Origin: Angustibacter luteus
GTDB lineage: Bacteria; Actinomycetota; Actinomycetes; Actinomycetales; Angustibacteraceae
Length of the DNA stretch: 64,000 bases
NCBI RefSeq assembly: GCF_039541115.1
Contig: NZ_BAABFP010000007.1
Span: 496,001-560,000 of the forward strand
Reading direction: 5' to 3'
The position numbers and the translations under genes are program-made. Below, in pieces: positions 57,504-64,000 of the stretch (position 1 is the stretch's first letter; each line of letters opens with the position of its first letter). The notes beneath the pieces were generated by a model, which ran no database searches, had not been told where the DNA came from, and was given only the letters and a program-made list of their open reading frames with translations.

Positions 57504-58120
57504 GCGAGCCGATCCGGTTGCTGCTCGCGGACGACCAGGCCCTCGTCCGTGGGGCGCTCGCGGCGCTGCTCCGGCTCGAACCCGACCTGGACGTCGTCGC
57601 GGAGGTCAGCTCCGGCGAGGAGGTCGTCGAGGCCGCCCGCCGGACCCGCCCGGACGTCGCGCTGCTGGACGTCGAGATGGGTGACGTGGACGGCATCACG
57701 GCGACCGCGAGCCTGCGCGCCGCGATGCCCGGTTGCCGGGTGCTGATGGTGACCACCTTCGGCCGCCCGGGCTACCTGCGCCGGGCCATGGAGGCCGGGG
57801 CCAGCGGGTTCGTGGTCAAGGACACGCCGGCCCGCCAGCTCGCGGACGCGGTGCGCCGGGTGCACGCCGGGCTGCGCGTGGTGGATCCCTCGCTGGCCGC
57901 CGAGACGCTGGCCGTGGGGGACACCCCGCTGACCCGGCGCGAGGGTGAGGTCCTGCAGGCGGCCCGCGACGGCGGCACGGTCGCGGACATCGCGGCGGTC
58001 GTGCACCTGAGCGAGGGGACGGTCCGCAACCACCTGTCCGCCGCGATCGGCAAGACCGGCGCACGGACCCGGGCGGAGGCCGTCCGGATCGCCGACGACC
58101 ACGGCTGGCTGCTGAGCTGA
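57500..58120 (+). CDS. DesR-like NarL/LuxR response regulator
   Basis: LLADD, LLDVEM, TTFGRPGY, LSEGTVRNHLS. Confidence 0.93.
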   Translation: MSEPIRLLLADDQALVRGALAALLRLEPDLDVVAEVSSGEEVVEAARRTRPDVALLDVEMGDVDGITATASLRAAMPGCRVLMVTTFGRPGYLRRAMEAGASGFVVKDTPARQLADAVRRVHAGLRVVDPSLAAETLAVGDTPLTRREGEVLQAARDGGTVADIAAVVHLSEGTVRNHLSAAIGKTGARTRAEAVRIADDHGWLLS

Positions 58121-58133
58121 GTCGGTCGACCTC

Positions 58134-58195
58134 TGTCCACAGGTGTGCCGTGCGCGCTTGTCCTGTGGACGGCGGTTCGTCCCACCGTCCACAAC
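58134..58195 (+). promoter_or_regulatory. Cluster of three GTCCACA motifs upstream of yraN
   Basis: GTCCACAGG 58135-58143, inverted CCTGTGGAC 58162-58170, GTCCACAAC 58187-58195. Confidence 0.55.
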
Positions 58196-58256
58196 CTGAC
58201 GGCCGCGTCTGTCGGCGGCGGGCCGGCCCCGCGAGGTTGGTCGCGGAGGTGGTTCC

Positions 58257-58613
58257 GTGGCCGCGAAGGACACGTTGGGCAGGTACGGCGAGGACGTCGC
58301 CGCGCGTCACCTGGTCGAGCTGGGGTACCAGGTGCTGTGCCGCAACTGGAGGTGCGAGCTGGGCGAGATCGACATCGTCGCCCGGGACGGCGACTGGCTG
58401 GTGGTCTGCGAGGTGAAGACCCGCCGCTCGACGGTGTGCGGGAAGCCGGTCGAGGCGGTGACGGCGCGCAAGGTGGCGCGGCTGCGGCGGCTCGCTGCTC
58501 GCTGGCTGTCCGAGTCCGGGCTGCACCCGCCGCACGTGCGGATCGACGTCGTGAGCGTGCTGCGGCCGCCGACCGGTCGCGCCCTGGTCGAGCACCTGAG
58601 GGCGGTGGCCTGA
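58257..58613 (+). CDS. yraN: YraN family nuclease
   Basis: [27 protein letters not shown]. Confidence 0.92.
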   Translation: MAAKDTLGRYGEDVAARHLVELGYQVLCRNWRCELGEIDIVARDGDWLVVCEVKTRRSTVCGKPVEAVTARKVARLRRLAARWLSESGLHPPHVRIDVVSVLRPPTGRALVEHLRAVA

Positions 58614-60182
58614 GTGGCGCTGGGGCGGACGCGCTGCGTGACGTTGTCCGGGATCGACGGTCACGTGGTCGACGTCGAGGCGGACGTCGCCAGCGGGCTG
58701 CCGGCGTTCACGGTGACCGGCCTCCCGGACGCCTCGCTGGGTGAGGCAAGGGACCGGGTACGGGCCGCCTGCCACAACAGCGAGGTGGCCCTGCCGCCAC
58801 GACGGATCACGGTCAACCTGTCGCCGGCGTCCTTGCGGAAGGCGGGGACGTCCTTCGACGTGGCCATCGCGGTCGCGGTACTCGCCGCCGGTGACGTGAT
58901 CCCGCACCGCGCCCCCGAGGGCGTGGTGCACCTGGGGGAGCTGGGCCTGGACGGGAGAGTCCGGGCGGTGCGGGGCGTGCTGCCGATGGTGTTGGCGGCG
59001 GCCCGGGCCGGGGTGCGCCGGGTGGTGGTGCCGATGGCGAACGTTGCGGAGGCCTCGCTGGTGACCGACGTCGAGGTGTTCGGCGCTCGCACGCTGGCCG
59101 GTCTGGTGGCCGCGTACCGGGGCGAGCCGGCGCTGGATCTCGACGTCCCGGAGGACGACCGCTCCGACGACCACGACGACCCCGTCAGGTCGGGGACCGT
59201 CGCCGACGTGGAGACGGCGCCGCTGGACCTCGCGGACGTGGTGGGGCAGGTCGAGGCCCGGCACGCGCTCGAGGTCGCAGCGGCCGGCCGCCACCACCTC
59301 TTCCTGCTCGGGCCGCCCGGTGCGGGTAAGACGATGCTGGCCGCGCGGCTGCCCGGACTGCTGCCCGACCTGGACGACGCCAGTGCGCTGGAGGTCACCG
59401 CGGTGCACTCCCTGGCGGGTGCACTGCCCGCCGGCCGCGGGCTCGTCGTCCGGCCGCCGTTCGTGGACCCGCACCACACGTCGTCGCCGGCCGCCGTGGT
59501 GGGCGGCGGGTCCGGGGTGCCGCGCCCGGGTGCGGCGTCCCGGGCGCACCGCGGCGTGCTCTTCCTGGACGAGGCCCCCGAGTTCGACGTGCGGGTGCTG
59601 GACGCCCTGCGCCAACCGCTGGAGAACGGCGAGCTGGTCATCCACCGCGCGGCCGGGCACGCCCGGTACCCGGCGCGGTTCCAGCTCGTCATGGCGGCCA
59701 ACCCGTGCCCGTGCGGCAACGCGTCGGGCAAGGGCATCGACTGCACGTGCACGCCGATCGCCCGGCGGCGCTACCTGCACCGGCTGTCCGGCCCGCTGCT
59801 GGACCGGGTGGACCTGCAGGTCCAGGTGCTGCCGGTGACGCGAGCGGTGCTGGCGGGCGCTGAGGCGCCGGAGCCGACCGAGCGGGTGGCCGGCCGGGTG
59901 CGCGAGGCCCGGGCCGCTCAGGCGACGCGCTGGGCCGGCACCTCGTGGCGGGTCAACGCGGAGGTGCCCGGCCACGAGCTGCGCCGCGGCGGCTGGCGGC
60001 TGCCCCCGGCGACCACGCGCACGATCGACGCCGCCATCGAGCGCGGCACGCTCACGGTCCGCGGCTACGACCGGGTGCTGCGGACCGCGTGGACGCTGGC
60101 CGACCTCGGCGGTCGAGACCGACCGGCGAGGGACGACGTCGAGCAGGCTGCCGCGCTGCGCCAGCACCAGGCCGCGGCGTGA
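58614..60182 (+). CDS. comM: YifB/ComM Mg-chelatase-like AAA+ helicase
   Basis: GLPD...EARDRV, GELGLDG, GPPGAGKT, LFLDEAPEF, NPCPCG, SGPLLDRVD. Confidence 0.92.
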   Translation: MALGRTRCVTLSGIDGHVVDVEADVASGLPAFTVTGLPDASLGEARDRVRAACHNSEVALPPRRITVNLSPASLRKAGTSFDVAIAVAVLAAGDVIPHRAPEGVVHLGELGLDGRVRAVRGVLPMVLAAARAGVRRVVVPMANVAEASLVTDVEVFGARTLAGLVAAYRGEPALDLDVPEDDRSDDHDDPVRSGTVADVETAPLDLADVVGQVEARHALEVAAAGRHHLFLLGPPGAGKTMLAARLPGLLPDLDDASALEVTAVHSLAGALPAGRGLVVRPPFVDPHHTSSPAAVVGGGSGVPRPGAASRAHRGVLFLDEAPEFDVRVLDALRQPLENGELVIHRAAGHARYPARFQLVMAANPCPCGNASGKGIDCTCTPIARRRYLHRLSGPLLDRVDLQVQVLPVTRAVLAGAEAPEPTERVAGRVREARAAQATRWAGTSWRVNAEVPGHELRRGGWRLPPATTRTIDAAIERGTLTVRGYDRVLRTAWTLADLGGRDRPARDDVEQAAALRQHQAAA

Positions 60183-61312
60183 GGGCGGCGGAGCGGCTGA
60201 CCTTCGACCCGGACGACGAGCGGCTCGCCCGCGCGGCCTGGAGCCGCCTGGCCGAGCCCGGCGACCTACGGGTGCACGCGCTGCTGACCCAGGTCGGGCC
60301 AGGCGAGGCCCTGCGGGCCCTGGTGAGCCGCGACGTGGAGTGGATGGAGCGGTTCCGGCCCAGGCTGGCCGAGCTGGAGCCGGCCCGCGACCTGCGCACC
60401 CTCGCGTCGGTGGGCGGCCGGCTGATCCTGCCGAGTGACCCCGAGTGGCCCACCGGCCTCGACGAGCTGACCGCGCCGCCGCCGTGCCTGTGGGTCCGTG
60501 GACCGCTGGCCCTGGACTCGCTGGCGGCCCGCTCGGTCGCGATCGTGGGGGCGCGCGCCAGCACGGCGTACGGCGAGCACGTGGCCGGCGACCTGGCCAG
60601 CGGTGCGGCCGGTCGTGGGTTCGTGGTCGTCAGTGGCCTGGCCTACGGGATCGACGGCGTGGCCCACCGCGGTGCGCTCACGGCCGGCGACAGCGTCGCC
60701 GTCGTCGCCGGCGGGGTGGACCGGGCCTACCCGCGCGGACACGAGGGCCTGATGGCGGTGCTGGTCCGCGAGGGCGCCGTCGTCAGCGAGGTGCCGCCTG
60801 GCTCGGCCCCCACCAGGTCCCGGTTCCTTCAGCGCAACCGGTTGATCGCCGCGATGACCCGGGGCACCGTCGTGGTCGAGGCGGCCATGCGCAGCGGCGC
60901 GCTCAGCACGGCCCGCTGCGCGGCCGCACTCGGCCGTCCCGTCGGTGCCGTGCCCGGACCCATCACGTCGGTCTCCTCGGCGGGCTGCCACGAGCTCGTC
61001 CGCGAGGGGCGTGCGGTCCTGGTCACCGACGCTGCCGAGCTGGCCGACCTGGTCGGATCGCTGGGTGCGGACGCGGCGACCCCGGCTCCTGGTGCGTCCT
61101 CGCCCTACGACGAGCTGGACGAGGTGGCGCTGCGGGTGGCCGACGCCCTGCCGGTCCGCAGCGGTCGTCCGCTGGACCGGCTGTGCGTGGCCTCCGGCCT
61201 CGACCCAGCCACCGTCCAGTCGGCCCTGGGGCGGTTGGCCCTGCTCGGGCTCGCGGAGCGACACGCACACGGATGGCGCAGGGTTCGATCCGCCGCGCCC
61301 TCCCGTGCGTAG
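60179..61312 (+). CDS. dprA: DNA processing protein DprA
   Basis: VAIVGAR, VSGLAYGIDGVAH, FLQRNRLIA, VVEAAMRSGA. Confidence 0.95.
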   Translation: MRAAERLTFDPDDERLARAAWSRLAEPGDLRVHALLTQVGPGEALRALVSRDVEWMERFRPRLAELEPARDLRTLASVGGRLILPSDPEWPTGLDELTAPPPCLWVRGPLALDSLAARSVAIVGARASTAYGEHVAGDLASGAAGRGFVVVSGLAYGIDGVAHRGALTAGDSVAVVAGGVDRAYPRGHEGLMAVLVREGAVVSEVPPGSAPTRSRFLQRNRLIAAMTRGTVVVEAAMRSGALSTARCAAALGRPVGAVPGPITSVSSAGCHELVREGRAVLVTDAAELADLVGSLGADAATPAPGASSPYDELDEVALRVADALPVRSGRPLDRLCVASGLDPATVQSALGRLALLGLAERHAHGWRRVRSAAPSRA

Positions 61313-61321
61313 CGTGGAGGC

Positions 61322-62233
61322 ATGCTGGCCGAGCTGGACGACACCCTCGCGGAGTTCGTCCGTCACCTGTCGGCCGAACGCAACCGGTCGCCGCACACCC
61401 AGCGGGCCTACGAGGCCGACGTCCGGGCGTTGTTCGAGTTCATGGTCGACCGGGGCTGCACGAGCACCGCCGACCTGACCCTGCCGGTGCTGCGCTCGTG
61501 GCTCGCCGAGCAGACCACGTCCGGCCTGTCCCGGTCGACCATCGCCCGCCGCGCCGCAGCGGCCCGCACCTTCTGCGCCTGGGCGACCCGCGCGGGTCGC
61601 CTGCCGCGGAACCCGGCCTTGCGCCTCGCCGCGCCCCGCCGGGACCGGACGCTGCCCGGCGTCCTGGCCCAGCAGCAGGCCAGTGACCTGCTCGACGTCG
61701 CCGGCCTGGCCGCGGACGACGGCGATCCCATCCACCTGCGTGACCGGCTCGCCCTGGAGCTGCTGTACTCCAGCGGCGTGCGCGTGGGCGAGCTGGTGGG
61801 CCTGGACGTGGACGACGTGGACCTCGAACGGCGGGTGCTGCGGGTCACCGGGAAGGGAAACAAGCAGCGCGTGGTTCCGTTTGGAGTGCCCGCTGCGGAG
61901 GCCGTGCGAAGCTGGTTGTCGCTCGGACGTCCGCTGCTGGTCACGCACGACAGCGGCCCGGCGCTGCTGCTCGGACGACGCGGACGACGCGCCGACCAGC
62001 GACAGGTCCGGGCGGCGGTGCACTCGCTGCTCGAGCACGTCCCCGGGGCCGACGACGTCGGCCCGCACGGGCTGCGGCACTCGGCGGCGACGCACCTGCT
62101 GGAAGGCGGAGCTGACCTGAGAGCCGTTCAAGAACTGCTCGGCCACGCTACGCTCGCCACGACCCAGATCTACACCCACGTATCCGTCGAGAGGCTGAAG
62201 GCGACATATGAGCAGGCGCACCCGCGTGCCTGA
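61322..62233 (+). CDS. xerC: Tyrosine recombinase XerC
   Basis: [39 protein letters not shown]; follows dprA. Confidence 0.92.
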   Translation: MLAELDDTLAEFVRHLSAERNRSPHTQRAYEADVRALFEFMVDRGCTSTADLTLPVLRSWLAEQTTSGLSRSTIARRAAAARTFCAWATRAGRLPRNPALRLAAPRRDRTLPGVLAQQQASDLLDVAGLAADDGDPIHLRDRLALELLYSSGVRVGELVGLDVDDVDLERRVLRVTGKGNKQRVVPFGVPAAEAVRSWLSLGRPLLVTHDSGPALLLGRRGRRADQRQVRAAVHSLLEHVPGADDVGPHGLRHSAATHLLEGGADLRAVQELLGHATLATTQIYTHVSVERLKATYEQAHPRA

Positions 62234-63218
62234 GGCGGAGGTTGCGGTCAGTCCGCAGACCGACGCAGCAGGCGAGCAGGAGGCAGCTGACGCGGCCACC
62301 ACGGACCCGGGTGCGGAGTCGGGTGCGGCTGCCGTCGAGCCCGCCGCCGAGGCGACCGATGATGCCGAGGCGACCGATGGTGCCGAGGCAACGGACGAGG
62401 TCCAGAAGCCGGACGAGCCGGAGGACGACCCCGAGGACGTCGTCGCGGCCAATGCGGCGGCGATCGCGGAGCTGTGGCGGCAGTACAAGGCCGATGGCGA
62501 CCCGGCGGTCCGCGAGAAGCTGATCCTGCACTACTCGCCGCTCGTCAAGTACGTGGCCGGCCGCGTCGGTGTCGGCCTGCCGCCGAACATCGAGCAGGCT
62601 GACCTCGTCTCGTACGGGATCTTCGGCCTGATCGACGCGCTGGAGAAGTTCGACCTCGAGCGGGCCATCAAGTTCGAGACCTACGCCATCTCGCGGGTCC
62701 GCGGCGCCATCATCGACGAGCTGCGGGCGATCGACTGGATCCCGCGCTCGGTCCGGCACAAGGCCCGTGAGGTCGAGCGCGCGTACGCCGACCTCGAGGG
62801 TGAGCTGCACCGCACGCCCACCGAGGCTGAGGTGGCGGGCCGCATGGGCATCAAGGTCGGCGACCTGCACCACATCTTCAGCCAGGTCTCGTACGTCAAC
62901 GTGGTCGCTCTGGACGAGCTGCTCAGCGTCGGCGGCGAGAAGGGTGACTCGCTCACCCTGGGCGACACGCTCGAGGACAAGGGCGCCGAGGACCCCGTCC
63001 TGGCGTTCGAGGGCGAGGAGACCAAGTACCTGCTGGCCCGCGCGATCAACCAGCTCCCCGAGCGCGAGAAGATCGTCGTCACCCTCTACTACTACGAGGG
63101 CCTCACCCTGGCCGAGATCGGCCAGGTGCTCGGGGTCACCGAGTCCCGGATCTGCCAGATGCACACCAAGGCGGTCCTGCAGCTGCGCGGAAAGATCATC
63201 GAGGTCACCGCAGGCTGA
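62226..63218 (+). CDS. whiG: RNA polymerase sigma factor, WhiG/FliA family, with acidic N-terminal extension (start uncertain)
   Basis: [56 protein letters not shown]. Confidence 0.92.
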   Translation: MPEAEVAVSPQTDAAGEQEAADAATTDPGAESGAAAVEPAAEATDDAEATDGAEATDEVQKPDEPEDDPEDVVAANAAAIAELWRQYKADGDPAVREKLILHYSPLVKYVAGRVGVGLPPNIEQADLVSYGIFGLIDALEKFDLERAIKFETYAISRVRGAIIDELRAIDWIPRSVRHKAREVERAYADLEGELHRTPTEAEVAGRMGIKVGDLHHIFSQVSYVNVVALDELLSVGGEKGDSLTLGDTLEDKGAEDPVLAFEGEETKYLLARAINQLPEREKIVVTLYYYEGLTLAEIGQVLGVTESRICQMHTKAVLQLRGKIIEVTAG

Positions 63219-63720
63219 TCGGCAGCAGCACCAGCGGTCCGCCGCCCACCAGGGTCAGCGGGTCGAGGTAGGTCTCGCCGCGCCGCAGACCCCAGTGCAG
63301 GCAGGTGCGCGGGACGCAGTGCCCGACCTGGGCGCCGACGACGCCGATCGGCGTCCCGACCCGTACCGGCGTGCCCACCAGCGACCGGCGGTCCACCGGC
63401 TCGTAGGACGTCCGCAGGCCACCCGGATGGCTGACCACGACGACTCCGCGACCGGCCACGAGCCCGGCGAAGGCGACGCGCCCGGCGCCGGCCGCCAGCA
63501 CCGGCTGGCCGACGCGCCCGGTCAGGTCGACACCGCGGTGCCCGGCGCTCCACGGCGTGGGGGGAGCGCGGAACGGCCGGGCCACCGCGGGCCGAGGTGC
63601 GAGCGGCCAGCCCCAGGAGGACACCCGCACCGCAGGCGGGGGAGCGCCGGCGGTGAGAGGTGCACCCGATACCGACCCGGTGATCGCCGCCGCAGCGGCC
63701 AGGAGCATTGCTCGAACCAT
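63205..63720 (-). CDS. M23 family peptidase
   Basis: GHRGVDL, CLHWG, YLDP; signal-peptide-like N-terminus. Confidence 0.85.
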   Translation of the reverse strand: MVRAMLLAAAAAITGSVSGAPLTAGAPPPAVRVSSWGWPLAPRPAVARPFRAPPTPWSAGHRGVDLTGRVGQPVLAAGAGRVAFAGLVAGRGVVVVSHPGGLRTSYEPVDRRSLVGTPVRVGTPIGVVGAQVGHCVPRTCLHWGLRRGETYLDPLTLVGGGPLVLLPISLR

Positions 63721-63770
63721 GGCTCCACCTCACCGCGACGCGCTCACCGGGACGAGAGGGCCGGGGCGAT

Positions 63771-63840
63771 CTGTGCATGGTGGGACGACGGCCGATCCTG
63801 TGGACGACGCGGCTGTACGCCGGGTCACCCACCGGTGGAC
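63771..63840 (-). promoter_or_regulatory. GTCCAC motif cluster upstream of the M23 gene
   Basis: Minus strand GTCCACCGG, GTCCACAGG, then CGTCCCACC-ATGCACAG. Confidence 0.5.
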
Positions 63841-63863
63841 GAAGCCTGGCTAGCCTTCGGAAC

Positions 63864-64000
63864 GTGACCACCGAGCATGAGACTGTCCGCGAGCGCGACC
63901 TGGACCGGCTGCTGACCTTCGTCGACGCCGTCGTCGCGATCGCGATCACGCTGCTCGTGCTGCCCCTCGTCGAGCTGACCAGCGACGTCACCGAGGACGA
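63864..64000 (+). CDS. TMEM175 family (DUF1211) membrane protein, 3'-truncated and absent from the ORF track
   Basis: Translates to (M)TTEHETVRERDLDRLLTFVDAVVAIAITLLVLPL; TAGCCT -10 hexamer 7 nt before GTG. Confidence 0.75.
   Translation, partial: MTTEHETVRERDLDRLLTFVDAVVAIAITLLVLPLVELTSDVTED

Noticed and set aside
58134..58195. DnaA-box cluster as a replication origin
   Set aside because: Only three imperfect boxes, no AT-rich unwinding element and no dnaA/dnaN; kept only as a regulatory motif.
61322..62233. Tyrosine recombinase as a phage or island integrase
   Set aside because: Size, motifs and position after dprA fit chromosomal XerC; no att site, tRNA or phage genes are nearby.

Overview
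High-GC actinomycete chromosomal segment, mostly core genome, with no tRNA, rRNA, CRISPR array, transposase or prophage that I can see. The backbone is lepA...hemW-DUF4870x2-DUF3097-hrcA-dnaJ-rsmE...HIT-phoH-ybeY-hemolysin-era-asd-leuA...recO-uppS-zur/znuBCA-glyQS, followed by yraN-comM-dprA-xerC-whiG-M23 peptidase. Accessory modules sit between these genes: a cp-ATP-grasp/alpha-E/transglutaminase operon with a poly-Gln tail, a split ClpC2-like HTH + Clp-N pair with tandem operators, an MFS pump behind a SigR/SigH-type promoter, a patatin-like protein, an RHH-DUF4097-ABC operon, protealysin/emfourin, egtABCD, an ECF sigma/anti-sigma pair, a GGDEF protein, LysR/EamA and ABC + DesK/DesR-like genes. 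The strongest leads are (i) a REP-like hairpin family that flanks asd in inverted orientation, with a strand-asymmetric base bias beside the amplified copy, (ii) a shared GTCCACA motif upstream of the competence-gene cluster and the M23 gene, (iii) the split ClpC2-like system, and (iv) the RHH-DUF4097-ABC module. All family calls come from recognising motifs by eye; no searches were run and several start codons are my best estimates.
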